A stretch of DNA of 64,000 nucleotides from Acidobacteriota bacterium (GTDB lineage Bacteria; Acidobacteriota; UBA6911; RPQK01; JAJDTT01). A model generated the notes under the pieces. The model did no database searches. It saw nothing but the letters and a program-made list of their open reading frames with translations, and was not told the origin of the DNA. Shown here in pieces: positions 1-10,469 of this stretch. Position 1 is the stretch's first letter; the number at the start of each line of letters is the position of its first letter. Position numbers and translations under genes: made by a program. The stretch is from contig CBDCJH010000002.1 of assembly GCA_965217775.1 (NCBI GenBank), positions 192,001 through 256,000 of the forward strand, in the 5' to 3' direction.

Positions 1-5
1 ATTGA

Positions 6-163
6 CAGCCCGTGGGAAAAGTCATCACGGCATTCGACCGTCCCTGCATCCCGGCGGACAGCGTTGCGATTCGGGCACATACTCCCGGTATGCACCCGAA
101 TCGCGCCTTGTCCGGCGGGCGCAGGAACGGTCTCGGTGCTCGCGGGACTTTCACCACGGACTG
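6..163 (+). mobile_element. MITE family 1, copy 1 (158 bp, rod-like palindrome)
   Basis: Imperfect TIRs CAGCCCGTGGGAAAAGTC...GACTTTCACCACGGACTG; flanks TTGA/TTAA; four further full copies in window. Confidence 0.9.
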
Positions 164-1099
164 TTAAGGCGCGTCGATGATCCTTACCGGCGCCGGAATG
201 AAGGTGAGGATCAGCAGCAGCAGACCGGCGATGGCGGCCAGGACTCGCCGCCGATCCAGCGGCCCGGCCGGGACGCTGGGTGGCGGGTGTTTCAGGCCCA
301 TGAAGATCAGGATCACCGCGAAGCACAGGTATCCGTAGAAACACCAGATTCCCAAGGCGACCAGTCCACCCAGGGCCGCGTAGGAGACGGTTCGGTGTCC
401 GCGGCGGCCCAGCAGGGCGTAGACGACATGGCCTCCGTCGAGTTGGCCGATGGGCAGGAGATTCATGCCCGTGGCCAGCATCCCGAACCAAGCCGCCCAG
501 CCGATGGGGTGGAGGTTGATACTCCAATCCTCTCCGGCCGGAACGAAGAGCTCGGCAGCGAGACGGAAGAGAAGGGGTTCTCCAAACTCGTAGGTTGTTC
601 CGCCGAGACTGGACGGAGTGAAGTCGGTGGAATAGCCGAGCCCGATGATAAGCGCCGGGACGATGAGTACGAACCCCGCCAGGGGTCCGGCGATTCCAAC
701 GTCGAACAGTTGGCGCCGGTCCCGGAACGGGGACTTGATCCGGATCACGGCCCCCATGGTGCCGAAGGGAAAGGGGACTGGAGCCGGAATCGCATACGGA
801 AGAGTAGCGCGGATTCCATAGTAGCGGCAGGCGAGATAGTGACCCATTTCGTGAGCCAGGAGAATCGCCAGGACGGTGATCGAATAAGGGAGTCCGAGAA
901 GGAGGTCGGGCCACCCGGCGAAACCCGCCGTGTCGGGTGAGGATTGACCGCTGCCCATGATAAAGCTGGCGTGCCAAAGCGACCCGGCCCACAGGGTTGT
1001 GGCGAAGGTGACGAACAGCAACAGAAGGGCCAACCGGAAACGTGGTTTCTCCGTTTCCGGCGCCGGCAGGTTCTCGTCTTGGGGAGAACGTTCCGTCAC
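164..1099 (-). CDS. Site-2 protease family (M50) membrane metalloprotease
   Basis: HEMGH zinc motif, AGP motif, NLLPIGQLDGGH motif, multiple TM helices; start placed at GTG 1099 because the longer ORF start lies inside a MITE. Confidence 0.9.
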   Translation of the reverse strand: MTERSPQDENLPAPETEKPRFRLALLLLFVTFATTLWAGSLWHASFIMGSGQSSPDTAGFAGWPDLLLGLPYSITVLAILLAHEMGHYLACRYYGIRATLPYAIPAPVPFPFGTMGAVIRIKSPFRDRRQLFDVGIAGPLAGFVLIVPALIIGLGYSTDFTPSSLGGTTYEFGEPLLFRLAAELFVPAGEDWSINLHPIGWAAWFGMLATGMNLLPIGQLDGGHVVYALLGRRGHRTVSYAALGGLVALGIWCFYGYLCFAVILIFMGLKHPPPSVPAGPLDRRRVLAAIAGLLLLILTFIPAPVRIIDAP

Positions 1100-1124
1100 T
1101 GACGTTGAACTCGTCCGGGGGTAG

Positions 1125-1283
1125 CAGCCCGTGATAAAAGTCATCGCGGCATTCGACCGGGTCTGCATCCCGGAGGACTGCGTTGCTCCTCGGTCACATA
1201 CTCCCGGTATGCTCCCTCAGAGCGCCTTGTCCGGCGGGCGCAGCCCCGGTCTCGGTGCAACGCGAGACTTTCACCACGGACTG
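1125..1283 (+). mobile_element. MITE family 1, copy 2 (most divergent)
   Basis: Same TIRs and internal stems; flanks GTAG/CTAG. Confidence 0.9.
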
Positions 1284-1292
1284 CTAGGCGTG

Positions 1293-1559
1293 TCAGCCGG
1301 AGCGGATTTCTTTCCCGGGTTTGAAGCGAACGGTCTTGCCGGGAGGAATGGGGACCACGGCTCCCGTCCTGGGGTTGCGTCCGATGCCACTCTTCCGTGG
1401 CTTGACCAGAAAGACTCCGAAGCCCCGCAACTCGATGCGTTCGCCATGCTTCAGGGCGCGCTTCAACACATTCAGCACGGTGTCGACGCCCTCCTCGGCC
1501 CGCGCCTTGGTCAGATCCGCCCGCTCGGATACGCGTGACACAATATCCTGTTTGATCAC
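1293..1559 (-). CDS. hup: HU/IHF family DNA-binding protein
   Basis: IELRGFGVF...GRNPRTG...VRFKPGK signature, 88 aa. Confidence 0.93.
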   Translation of the reverse strand: MIKQDIVSRVSERADLTKARAEEGVDTVLNVLKRALKHGERIELRGFGVFLVKPRKSGIGRNPRTGAVVPIPPGKTVRFKPGKEIRSG

Positions 1560-1594
1560 GGCTTGGAAATGCCCCCTGAGTTGCTAGCCGTTGT

Positions 1595-1624
1595 CTTATA
1601 CTGGGCGCAGGTTCCGGATGTCAA
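1595..1624 (-). promoter_or_regulatory. Putative sigma70 promoter for hup
   Basis: TTGACA-N18-TATAAG on the minus strand ~35 nt upstream of the start. Confidence 0.6.
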
Positions 1625-1740
1625 GGTTCGATTAAGGCTCCGCTCAAATGGAGTCAATGGGGAACCGGGACCGGGCTTTTCCGGGAGGGGAAATCCGGCT
1701 GAGAGACTGGTAGACTTTTGCGATTCGCTGAGTGAATTCC

Positions 1741-2313
1741 ATGAGTATTCGGCCGGACCACTGGATCGCTCGCAAGGCGCGGGATGGAATGATCGAGCCA
1801 TTCGAGGAGAGCCTCATCGGGAAGGGAACCATCTCGTACGGAGTCTCCTCCTACGGCTATGACTTTCGCGTGGACCGGCGGTACAAGCTGCTCCAAGATG
1901 GTGCGAGTGCAGTTCTGGATCCCAAGCAGGCATCGGAGCATTGCTTCCGGGACTACGAGGGCGATTCCTGTCTGATCCCCGCCCGGGGCTTCGTCCTCTG
2001 CCGGTCCTACGAATACTTTCGTATTCCCAGGGACGTCCTGGGAGTCTGTGTCGGTAAATCGACCTATGCCCGGTGTGGGGTTTCCGTCAACGTCACTCCC
2101 TTGGAACCGGAATGGGAAGGACGCCTGACCATGTCGGTGATCAACAACGGTCCCGTTCCGGTGAAGATCTACTCGGGCGAGGGCATTGCCCAGCTCCTGT
2201 TTCTTCGGGCTCGCGACGTCTGTCGAGTCTCTTATTCCGACCGGAAAGGCAAGTACCAGGCACAGCAGGAAATCACTCTGTCCCGGCTGGAGGACGGACG
2301 GGACCTGGCATAG
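1741..2313 (+). CDS. dcd: dCTP deaminase
   Basis: ISYGVSSYGYD, GKSTYARCG, NVTPLEPEWEG, YSDRKGKYQ motifs. Confidence 0.95.
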   Translation: MSIRPDHWIARKARDGMIEPFEESLIGKGTISYGVSSYGYDFRVDRRYKLLQDGASAVLDPKQASEHCFRDYEGDSCLIPARGFVLCRSYEYFRIPRDVLGVCVGKSTYARCGVSVNVTPLEPEWEGRLTMSVINNGPVPVKIYSGEGIAQLLFLRARDVCRVSYSDRKGKYQAQQEITLSRLEDGRDLA

Positions 2314-2325
2314 AGTCGGTTCGCA

Positions 2326-4806
2326 ATGCAGGAGCAATACGATTTCCGGACGATCGAGTCCAAGTGGCAGAAACGCTGGGAGGAGAACTGCGAATTTGTC
2401 GTCGCCGAGGACCGGGACAGGCCCAAATACTACGTTCTGGAAATGCTTCCCTACCCCTCGGGAGCGCTTCATATGGGCCACGTTCGCGTTTACTCTTTGG
2501 GTGATTCCGTAGCCCGGTTCCGGTCCTTGCAGGGCTTCAACGTTCTGCACCCCATCGGCTGGGACGCCTTCGGACTTCCGGCCGAGAATGCCGCCATTCG
2601 CCACCAGGTTCCACCGAAAACGTGGACGCTGAAGAACATAGAGCGGATGAAGCAGCAGTGCCTGCGCATGGGTTGGTCCTACGACTGGGACCGGGAGCTG
2701 GCCACCTGCACTCCGGAGTACTACCGCTGGAACCAATGGTTCTTTCTCCGGATGTACGACCGGGGTCTGGCCTACAGGAGCCGGGGGTCCGTCAATTGGT
2801 GCGAGAAGTGTCAGACGGTCCTGGCCAACGAGCAGGTGGTCAACGGGCTCTGCTGGCGCGACGACAGTCCCGTGGTCCAGAAGGAGCTGGAGCAGTGGAA
2901 CTTTCGGATCACCGATTACGCCGAGCAGTTGCTCCAGGATCTGGACCAGCTCGAGGACTGGCCCGAACGAGTGATCACCATGCAGCGCAACTGGATCGGC
3001 AAGTCCGTTGGGGCACGAGTCCGTTTCCGGCTGGGAGGCCCATCGGGAGAGGGGATCGACATCTTCACCACCCGGTTGGACACCATTTGCGGAGCGACCT
3101 TCATGGTGTTGGCTCCCGAACATCCCCTGGTGAAGGCCTGGTTGGGAGACGATAGCGACGGCAGCAGGCTGCAGGCGCTGTTGGAGCAGGTGCGCCGCCA
3201 GGACCAGAACCTTCGCACCGCAGAGGATGCAGAGAAGCTGGGAGCTTTCACCGGACGCTACGCCTGGAATCCGTTCCGCGGGGAAATGATTCCCATATGG
3301 GTGGCCAATTTCGTCCTGATGGAATACGGGACCGGCGCAATCATGGCCGTCCCGGCCCATGACCAGCGAGACCTGGAGTTCGCCCGCAAGTACGGGCTGC
3401 CGGTACGGAGCGTGATCGAGCCGAGCGAAGGACCGCCGCCTGCCCGCACGGACCAGGCCTTCGTGGATCCGGGCAGACTGGTCGACAGCGGTCCCTTCTC
3501 CGGACTCACTTCGGATGAGGCCAAGCGGAAGATGGCCGAGTACGCCAGCAAGCAGGGCTTCGGCGAGGCCACCGTCTCCTACCGGCTCCGGGACTGGGGA
3601 GTGAGCCGCCAGCGCTACTGGGGTACCCCTATTCCCATCGTCTATTGCTCCGGATGCGGGACGGTCCCGGTTCCGGAGGATCAACTGCCGGTGATTCTGC
3701 CCCGAATGGAAGGCATCGATTTGGGTCGCTCCCCGCTGGCGCAGGTCCCCGATTTCGTCCAGACGGCCTGCCCTTCCTGCGGCGGCGCGGCCCGGCGGGA
3801 AACCGACACCATGGACACCTTCGTGGACAGTTCCTGGTATTTCTACCGCTACACCGACGCCCGCAATTCGGACGGAGCGATTTGCCGGGAAGCCGTGCGC
3901 TACTGGTTCCCCGTGGACATCTACATCGGCGGAGTGGAACACGCCATCCTCCATCTCATCTACATGCGCTTCTTCACCAAGGTCATGCGGGACCTGGGTA
4001 TGGTCGAGTTGGATGAACCGGTGCGCACCCTCTTTACCCAGGGCATGGTCATCAAGGACGGCGCCAAGATGAGCAAGTCCCTGGGGAACGTGGTCGAGCC
4101 GGACCAGATCGTCCGGAAGTACGGCGCCGACACGCTCCGGCTCTTCATCCAGTTCTGCGCTCCACCGGCCAGAGACCTGGATTGGAACGATCGGGGACTG
4201 GAGGGGTGTTGGCGTTTTCTGAGTCGACTCTGGAGGTTGCTGCATCGATACCGGACCGAGTGGTCCGGCGACGGTATGCCGACTGCCGGGAAGACTCCGG
4301 CAGAGACGTCTCCCCCGGCGCGCGTCCTGCAGCGGAAACTTCACCAGACCATCCGGAAGGTGACGCGGGACCTGGAGCGGCTGCACCAGAACACGGCCAT
4401 CGCGGCCATCATGGAGTTGTTGAACTCGGTGCAGGATTATGTGGACCAGGGGGAGCCCGACCGGAAGCTGCTCCGGGAAACTCTGGAAAACATGGCCCTG
4501 CTGCTGGCCCCTTTCGCTCCCCACTTCGCCGAAGAGATCTATTTCATCCTGGGGCATCGCCACGGGATCGGATCCGCCTCCTGGCCGGAGCACGACTCCG
4601 ATCTGGCCCGGGAAGAGACGGTGGAGTTCGCGGTCCAGGTCAACGGAAGGGTCCGTTCCCGGATCCAGGCTCCGGCCGATGTGCCGTCGGAGAAGATGGA
4701 GGAACTGGCCCTGTCCGATGAGCGGGTCCGGGGGCACATCGAGGGTCGAAACGTCATCAAGGTGATCGTGATCCCGAAGCGGCTCGTGAACGTGGTGGCG
4801 CGATGA
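2326..4806 (+). CDS. leuS: Leucyl-tRNA synthetase
   Basis: [11 protein letters not shown] (HIGH) and KMSKS motifs, editing domain [13 protein letters not shown]. Confidence 0.98.
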   Translation: MQEQYDFRTIESKWQKRWEENCEFVVAEDRDRPKYYVLEMLPYPSGALHMGHVRVYSLGDSVARFRSLQGFNVLHPIGWDAFGLPAENAAIRHQVPPKTWTLKNIERMKQQCLRMGWSYDWDRELATCTPEYYRWNQWFFLRMYDRGLAYRSRGSVNWCEKCQTVLANEQVVNGLCWRDDSPVVQKELEQWNFRITDYAEQLLQDLDQLEDWPERVITMQRNWIGKSVGARVRFRLGGPSGEGIDIFTTRLDTICGATFMVLAPEHPLVKAWLGDDSDGSRLQALLEQVRRQDQNLRTAEDAEKLGAFTGRYAWNPFRGEMIPIWVANFVLMEYGTGAIMAVPAHDQRDLEFARKYGLPVRSVIEPSEGPPPARTDQAFVDPGRLVDSGPFSGLTSDEAKRKMAEYASKQGFGEATVSYRLRDWGVSRQRYWGTPIPIVYCSGCGTVPVPEDQLPVILPRMEGIDLGRSPLAQVPDFVQTACPSCGGAARRETDTMDTFVDSSWYFYRYTDARNSDGAICREAVRYWFPVDIYIGGVEHAILHLIYMRFFTKVMRDLGMVELDEPVRTLFTQGMVIKDGAKMSKSLGNVVEPDQIVRKYGADTLRLFIQFCAPPARDLDWNDRGLEGCWRFLSRLWRLLHRYRTEWSGDGMPTAGKTPAETSPPARVLQRKLHQTIRKVTRDLERLHQNTAIAAIMELLNSVQDYVDQGEPDRKLLRETLENMALLLAPFAPHFAEEIYFILGHRHGIGSASWPEHDSDLAREETVEFAVQVNGRVRSRIQAPADVPSEKMEELALSDERVRGHIEGRNVIKVIVIPKRLVNVVAR

Positions 4807-5333
4807 AGCGGACCCGTCCCTTGTGCCTGCTCTCCCTCTGGGTGGGTCTCGTACCGGTCTTCCTCGCCGGATGCGGTTATCGGGTAGCGTCCAAGAATCG
4901 GCTGTCTCCCCAGCTCCAAACTCTGGCCGTTCTTCCCCTGGAGAATGAAACCACGACATTTCAAGTGGAGCAGATCTTCACGCGATCGCTGATTCACGCG
5001 TTTGTTGAGAGATCTTCCTACCGTCTGGTCCATGAGCCTTCGCAGGCCGATGCCGTTTTCAGTGGAGTCATCTTCTCCACTACCGCCAATCCCGTCATAT
5101 TCCGGCAACGGGCCTTCGGCTCCACCTTCCTGGTCACACTGCAGGCCCGGGTCCAGCTCCAGGACCGGCGGGACGGTCGAATTCTCTACCGGAACGACCA
5201 GTACCTCTTTCGGGAGCAGTACGTCATCAACGTCGACGTCCGCAATTTCTTCACCGAACTGAGCCCGGCCCTGGAGCGGGTGGCCCGGGATTTCTCCTCC
5301 AGTGTGGTCGCGACTCTGATGGAGGGGTTCTGA
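4803..5333 (+). CDS. lptE: LPS assembly lipoprotein LptE family
   Basis: Lipobox LAGC followed by GY; conserved leuS-lptE-holA order. Confidence 0.8.
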   Translation: MKRTRPLCLLSLWVGLVPVFLAGCGYRVASKNRLSPQLQTLAVLPLENETTTFQVEQIFTRSLIHAFVERSSYRLVHEPSQADAVFSGVIFSTTANPVIFRQRAFGSTFLVTLQARVQLQDRRDGRILYRNDQYLFREQYVINVDVRNFFTELSPALERVARDFSSSVVATLMEGF

Positions 5334-5369
5334 TGATCTCCCGCTTTCGGGCGATTCGCCTCTTGGACC

Positions 5370-6317
5370 ATGCGGTTCTCTGAGTTCCGGAAGTCCCTGG
5401 CGCAGCCTCATCCCGTCTACGTCGTGGTTTCGACCCAGGAACTCTTTCTCAAACGCGTTTACGACCTCTGCCGGGAACAGGTAAAGGAGTCGGCTCGAGA
5501 TTTCGATTGGTCCGTTTTCGATCTGGAGAGGGACTCTGTCGGGGACGTGGTCCACGCCGCTCGCACGCTTCCGTGGGTTTCCAGGAGGCGCTGGGTGTAC
5601 GTTCGGGACCACGGGGGCTCCGGCTCCGGTCTGAAGGCGTATCTGGCGCGCCCGGCGCCCCGGACCGTCCTGGTTCTGGAAGCGAAGAAACGTTCCAGGG
5701 CCTGGTCCCGTTTGCCTTTGATCGAGTTCGACAAGAAGGTGGGGCCGGCCCGATGGCTGCGGGCCTGGGCCAAGCAGGAGGGCTACGTTCTGGAACCGGC
5801 GGCCACCCGCGCCCTGGTCGAGTTGGTGGGGGACGACCTGGGGCGCCTCAGAATGGAGTTGGAGAAACAATTTCTGGCCTGCTGGGAAAGCCGGAAAATC
5901 AGTTCGGAGTCGGTCGCCGAAATGACCCTGGAGAGTCGGGAATACGACGTGTTCAATCTCATCGGCGCCATGGCCAAGGGGCAGGCCTCGACGGCCCTTC
6001 TGATTCTGAACCGCCTCTTCGCAAAGGGCGTCAGCTTCTCCCAGATCCTGGCCATGCTCTACTGGACCTTCAGACGGCTCTTGGTGGCGCGGGAGATGCT
6101 GGACCAGGGACGATCCTTTCGGGAGGTTCTCCGCAAGCTCAAGATCTGGAGCTATCGTGGCCAGGAGGGGGAGGTGCGCCGCTATCCGCCGGAGTGGATC
6201 GAGAGAGTCCTGATCCGGATTCGAGAGACCGACCGGGCCTGCAAGAGCGGCGTCTCCGAACCCCGGTTTCACCTGGAGCGCCTGCTCATTGACACCTGCC
6301 GCCGGGGACAACTATAA
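5370..6317 (+). CDS. holA: DNA polymerase III delta subunit
   Basis: LVELVGDDLGRLRMELEK motif, size, synteny between lptE and rpsT. Confidence 0.88.
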   Translation: MRFSEFRKSLAQPHPVYVVVSTQELFLKRVYDLCREQVKESARDFDWSVFDLERDSVGDVVHAARTLPWVSRRRWVYVRDHGGSGSGLKAYLARPAPRTVLVLEAKKRSRAWSRLPLIEFDKKVGPARWLRAWAKQEGYVLEPAATRALVELVGDDLGRLRMELEKQFLACWESRKISSESVAEMTLESREYDVFNLIGAMAKGQASTALLILNRLFAKGVSFSQILAMLYWTFRRLLVAREMLDQGRSFREVLRKLKIWSYRGQEGEVRRYPPEWIERVLIRIRETDRACKSGVSEPRFHLERLLIDTCRRGQL

Positions 6318-6318
6318 T
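6289..6318 (+). promoter_or_regulatory. Consensus sigma70 promoter for rpsT embedded in the holA 3' end
   Basis: TTGACA (6289-6294)-N18-TATAAT (6313-6318). Confidence 0.75.
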
Positions 6319-6342
6319 GCGCGCTGTTTCCCGGGAGTCCAT

Positions 6343-6621
6343 ATGCCCAATATCAAGTCGGCGGACAAGCGTATGCGTCAGAGCCGAAGGCGCAGGATGC
6401 GCAATCGCCACTATCTGAGCCGGATGAGGACTGAAATCAAGCGCTTCCGCCGCATGTTGGAGGAGCAACGGTCTGCAGACGCCCAGAGTCATCTTCCCCA
6501 GGTCTACACCGTCATCGACCACACTGCCCAGAAGGGTGTCATCCATCGACGGACGGCCGCACGGTACAAGTCCCGGCTGACCCACTCTTTGAATCGGACC
6601 CTGGCGGCTGCCGCGGGCTAG
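6343..6621 (+). CDS. rpsT: 30S ribosomal protein S20
   Basis: MPNIKSADKR...KGVIHRRTAARYKSRL. Confidence 0.96.
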   Translation: MPNIKSADKRMRQSRRRRMRNRHYLSRMRTEIKRFRRMLEEQRSADAQSHLPQVYTVIDHTAQKGVIHRRTAARYKSRLTHSLNRTLAAAAG

Positions 6622-6685
6622 CAGTGGTTGCCTGGACCCCGACCCCATACATGGCCCCATTGGCACGGTTGCAAAACCCCCACTC

Positions 6686-7657
6686 TTGAAGAAGGTTCTT
6701 CTCCCGGACCAGTGCGCTGAGATTCTCTTCGACCTCCGGGACCGGAACGTGCGGCTGCTGGAGTCGCTGTTTCAGGTACGGATCGGCGCCCGGGGCCCCC
6801 AGGTCTTCATCCAGGGAGATGAGAAACACGAACGGATCCTGGTGAACATCCTCACCGACTTCTCGTCTCTGGTCTCCAATGGATGCTCCTTTTCCAATGG
6901 TGAGTTGAGGGAAGCGTTCCAGCAGATTGCCGAGGGGGCGGCCGAGAGTCTCCACGATTTCTTTCCCAAGGCTCTGGTGCTGAAGACCCCCATACGGGAA
7001 GTGTCGCCACGGAGTCTGAACCAGTCCCGATACGTCCAGGCCATCCACCGTAATGATCTGGTCTTCGGTATCGGTCCGGCCGGCACGGGCAAGACCTATC
7101 TTGCGGTGGCGACGGCGGTCTCGTTTCTTCTGGAAAAAAGGGTCCAGCGGATCGTATTGTCCCGTCCCGCAGTGGAAGCGGGCGAACGGCTCGGGTTCCT
7201 GCCGGGAGATCTTCAGGAGAAGGTCAACCCCTATTTGAGGCCCCTATCGGACGCCCTGATCCACGTGATCGGGGCGGAAAGGGTGCGGAAGCTCATGGAC
7301 AGGGAGATCATCGAGATCGCTCCCCTGGCCTTCATGCGGGGGAGGACGCTGGGTGACTCGTTCATCATTCTGGACGAGGCCCAGAACTGCACTTCCGAGC
7401 AGATGAAGATGTTTCTCACTCGAATCGGCCTCAATTCCAGGGCGGTCGTCACCGGGGACATCACCCAGATCGATCTTCCGCCGGGTCAGAGGTCGGGGCT
7501 GGTGGAGGCACGTGGACTGCTCAAGGGCTTGCGGGAGATCTCCATCTGTGAGTTCGATCGTCGGGACGTGGTCCGCCATCGACTCGTCAAGCGCATCATC
7601 AAGGCCTACGAGTCCCAGGGATCCGGAGGGAAGAAAGGACCGAGAAGTGAGGAGTGA
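6686..7657 (+). CDS. phoH: PhoH family ATPase
   Basis: GPAGTGKT, RPAVEAGERLGFLPGD, PLAFMRGRT, DEAQN motifs; TTG start. Confidence 0.95.
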   Translation: MKKVLLPDQCAEILFDLRDRNVRLLESLFQVRIGARGPQVFIQGDEKHERILVNILTDFSSLVSNGCSFSNGELREAFQQIAEGAAESLHDFFPKALVLKTPIREVSPRSLNQSRYVQAIHRNDLVFGIGPAGTGKTYLAVATAVSFLLEKRVQRIVLSRPAVEAGERLGFLPGDLQEKVNPYLRPLSDALIHVIGAERVRKLMDREIIEIAPLAFMRGRTLGDSFIILDEAQNCTSEQMKMFLTRIGLNSRAVVTGDITQIDLPPGQRSGLVEARGLLKGLREISICEFDRRDVVRHRLVKRIIKAYESQGSGGKKGPRSEE

Positions 7658-7664
7658 GAGAAGA
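7633..7664 (+). repeat. Purine-rich heptamer-based repeat (GAGGAGT family)
   Basis: GAAAGGACCGAGAAGTGAGGAGTGAGAGAAGA; 31/32 identical to the inverted copy at 9359-9390. Confidence 0.75.
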
Positions 7665-7738
7665 CAGCAGATTCTCAGCCGGTTGGGTCCTGGTGCGGCT
7701 GTCGCGGTGACCCTCCGGAGACCGGACTTTCAGCGCCG

Positions 7739-8812
7739 ATGACAGACCGCAGGATTCATGTGGTGGTCCTCTGCGGAGGACGCTCCGCCGAGCATGACGT
7801 TTCCCTCGTCTCCACCCGCTCGATTCTGAATCACCTCGACCAGAGACGATACCGGGTTTCGGTCATGGGTCTGGACCGGCAGGGCGGAAGCTACGATCCT
7901 CAGGTTCTGCGCCGGAAGTTGGAGCTCTCGCCGGACGGGCCCTGGGAGTTGCCCACCGGAACCGATCACTGGCTCGCGGTTCTGGCCGGCTTGCCTCCCC
8001 CATTGCCCGTGGTGTTCCCGGTTCTGCACGGACCGTTCGGCGAGGACGGCACGGTGCAGGGCGCGATGGAGATGTTGGGCCTACCCTATGTGGGAGCCGG
8101 CGTTCTGGCCTCCTCGCTGGCCATGAACAAGGTTTACTGCAAACAGGTCCTGGCCCAGGCCGGACTACCGGTTCTGCCTTTCGTGAGCACCACCAAGGCC
8201 GAATGGGGCGAGGCTCCGGACCAGGTTCTGGCGCGGATCGAGAACGAGCTCGCTTACCCCGTATTCGTCAAGCCGGCCAATATGGGTTCGTCCATCGGAG
8301 TCGGTAAGAGCCGCAACTCCGGGGAGCTCCGGAAACATCTGGAAGAAGCCTTGAGATATGACTTGCTGGTTCTGGCCGAGCAGGGAGTCGATGCCCGCGA
8401 GATCGAAGTCTCGGTTCTGGGGAATGAGTATCCGCGGGCGTCCATCGCGGGCGAGATCGTTCCCTCCGGGGAATTCTACGACTACGCAGCCAAGTACCTG
8501 GATGGGATCAGTCGGTTGTTGGTCCCGGCCCCCCTTTCCGGGGAGCAGATGGATGAGGCGCGGCGTTTGGCCGTAGAGACCTATCGGACGCTGGGTGTGG
8601 AGGGAATGGCCCGAGTCGACTTCCTGCTGGACAAGAACAGCCTCCGGCTCTGGATCAACGAAGCCAACACCATTCCAGGATTCACCCAGATCAGCATGTA
8701 TCCCAAGCTCTGGCAGGCGTCCGGTCTGAGCTATCCCGACCTGATCGAAGAGCTCATCGATCTGGGTCTGGAGCGCCATCGTGCCCGGCAGGGCCTCTCG
8801 GTCGAGCGCTGA
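7739..8812 (+). CDS. ddl: D-alanine--D-alanine ligase
   Basis: GGRSAEHDVS, LHGPFGEDG, KPANMGSS, FYDYAAKY, NEANTIPGFT. Confidence 0.97.
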   Translation: MTDRRIHVVVLCGGRSAEHDVSLVSTRSILNHLDQRRYRVSVMGLDRQGGSYDPQVLRRKLELSPDGPWELPTGTDHWLAVLAGLPPPLPVVFPVLHGPFGEDGTVQGAMEMLGLPYVGAGVLASSLAMNKVYCKQVLAQAGLPVLPFVSTTKAEWGEAPDQVLARIENELAYPVFVKPANMGSSIGVGKSRNSGELRKHLEEALRYDLLVLAEQGVDAREIEVSVLGNEYPRASIAGEIVPSGEFYDYAAKYLDGISRLLVPAPLSGEQMDEARRLAVETYRTLGVEGMARVDFLLDKNSLRLWINEANTIPGFTQISMYPKLWQASGLSYPDLIEELIDLGLERHRARQGLSVER

Positions 8813-8826
8813 GAAACAGAGGAAAC

Positions 8827-8851
8827 AGGAGTGAGGACTGAGAGGAAGAGG
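8827..8851 (+). repeat. Degenerate heptamer repeat (GAGGAGT family)
   Basis: AGGAGTGAGGACTGAGAGGAAGAGG just after the ddl stop. Confidence 0.5.
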
Positions 8852-9040
8852 CGATGCCGGCTGAATCCAGGATGGCTCGATCTCACTCGGAGTAAGTGAC
8901 GTGGGAGTGAGGAGCTGCCCGACCTGCCTGCGGTCCGGCGAATTCAGGGGAAAATCCGGTCTCGGTTCGGGTGGCACGAGTGATAAGCCGGCTGGCAGTT
9001 CCCCGTCTTCGGTTTGGAATTTGGGACTTCCAAGCAGTTA

Positions 9041-9283
9041 GCCCGCATTTCTCTCCAGGGGGTGCGATGATCGCGCAGGATTTTCGCCCTCAGCGCGTGC
9101 TCGCGACTGAAAGCGTAGTGGGGACTACGTTTGAGGGAGCATGTGCACGCTGAGGGCGAAAAGACCAGCGAGGGCGCGCGAGCGCGCAGTCTGTTCCGGA
9201 GAGACATTGGAAAAAATCTCGTAAGTGCCCGAGAATAAGATGTGTTTCATCATGTGCATAGCGGCTTGGTGAGAAATTCGGGT
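9041..9283 (+). mobile_element. MITE family 2, copy A (~243 bp)
   Basis: TIRs GCCCGCATTTCTC...GAGAAATTCGGGT flanked by TA/TA; homologous along its length to 21859-22100. Confidence 0.85.
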
Positions 9284-9358
9284 TAGGATGTTTCCGGCTG
9301 ACCGAGACCGGTCGAAGTCCCAAGTGAATCGGGGCGCCGAATTTACTCGGAAACGTCC

Positions 9359-9390
9359 TCTTCTCTCACTCCTCACTCCTCGGTCCTTTC
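9359..9390 (-). repeat. Heptamer-based repeat, inverted copy
   Basis: TCTTCTCTCACTCCTCACTCCTCGGTCCTTTC. Confidence 0.75.
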
Positions 9391-9391
9391 C

Positions 9392-9420
9392 TTGAAGGTC
9401 GAGATCCCGTTTGCTAAATT
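9392..9420 (+). promoter_or_regulatory. Putative sigma70 promoter with extended -10
   Basis: TTGAAG-N17-TAAATT with TG at the extended -10 position, upstream of the DUF465 gene. Confidence 0.45.
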
Positions 9421-9477
9421 CATGCGTCGGTACGAGGCATGACGTGCCGTGGCCCGGGCACCAGGAGGAAGCGCGCG

Positions 9478-9708
9478 ATGGATGAGGCCGCTCTCAAGAA
9501 TCATCTGATGGAAACGGACAAGGAGTTTTCCCGGCTCGCCCTGGAGCATCAGGGATACGAACGCCAACTGGAGGAACTTGTTCGCAGGGTCTACCTGAAC
9601 CCGGAAGAGAAGTTGCGTGAGAGCGTCATCAAGAAAAAGAAGCTGGCCTTGAAGGATCAGATGCAGGTGATCATCCATCGGCACCAAATGGAGGCCCGGA
9701 CCGGCTAG
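9478..9708 (+). CDS. YdcH/DUF465 family small coiled-coil protein
   Basis: EFSRLALEH...IKKKKLALKDQM pattern; AGGAGG RBS upstream. Confidence 0.8.
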   Translation: MDEAALKNHLMETDKEFSRLALEHQGYERQLEELVRRVYLNPEEKLRESVIKKKKLALKDQMQVIIHRHQMEARTG

Positions 9709-9863
9709 ACGATCGTCCGGCTGCGGCAGATCCGGGCTTTCGTTCGTACCTATCTTGATTTCCGTTCATCCAGGCTGGGAATGCCCTCCTGGCAGAAGCC
9801 CCAGGTCTTGCCGGGGACCCCAATCCGGAGTCGACTCCCAGCCAGAGTCCGGAGCATCCGCCT

Positions 9864-10469
9864 ATGGCCCGAGACGGATACTATTTTTTTCTTCCACTAG
9901 TCGCATTGACTTTGGTCCTGACTTGGCTCCAGGTCGTCGCCCTGGGTGTGGTGACCTTGGTCCTGGCGGCTTTCGTCGCCTACTTTTTCCGCGATCCGAA
10001 ACGATCCATTCCTGACGATCCCGACGCCGTGGTCAGCCCGGCGGACGGAAAAATCGTTCGTGTGAGACCGTTTGAGGACGGCACCGAGGTCAGCATTTTT
10101 CTTTCGATCTGGAACGTTCACGTCAATCGTTCACCCGTGGAGGGTATCCTGGTCCGGAAGGAACATCGCTCCGGGCGGTTTCATCTCGCCTGGGACGACC
10201 GGGCTTCGGTGGAGAACGAGCGGGTCATCCTCACCATTTCCGGGGACCGGCCCCTGACCTTCGCTTTGGTGGCCGGGGTCCTGGCGCGCCGAATCCGGGT
10301 CTGGAAGAATGAGGGAGACGTGGTCGGCAGGGGTGATAGAATTGGCCTGATCCGATTCGGCAGCCGAGTCGATCTGTTCTTCCCACGGAGTTGTGACATG
10401 GTTGTCAGCGAAGGCGATCGAGTCTACGGCGGCAGCACCGTCCTGGCGTATTGGAACCCCGGGCCGTGA
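9864..10469 (+). CDS. psd: Phosphatidylserine decarboxylase proenzyme (short type)
   Basis: FFRDP, SPADG, NVHVNRSP, IRFGSRVD self-cleavage motif. Confidence 0.93.
   Translation: MARDGYYFFLPLVALTLVLTWLQVVALGVVTLVLAAFVAYFFRDPKRSIPDDPDAVVSPADGKIVRVRPFEDGTEVSIFLSIWNVHVNRSPVEGILVRKEHRSGRFHLAWDDRASVENERVILTISGDRPLTFALVAGVLARRIRVWKNEGDVVGRGDRIGLIRFGSRVDLFFPRSCDMVVSEGDRVYGGSTVLAYWNPGP

Noticed and set aside
1131-1538. Similar short ORFs (GKSRHGIRPSLHPGG..., RDFHHGL) at several loci, resembling a gene family
   Set aside because: They are translations of MITE-1 DNA, which also falsely extends the N-termini of the S2P and thioesterase ORFs
1654-4959. Long antisense ORFs, e.g. 1101 aa opposite leuS and others opposite ppdK, purL and the sulfatases
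   Set aside because: Shadow ORFs expected from high GC3 codon bias; no recognisable motifs and fully overlapping well-supported genes
6660-6675. TGGCAC..TTGC upstream of phoH as a sigma54 promoter
   Set aside because: Spacing is 2 nt rather than the required 5 nt
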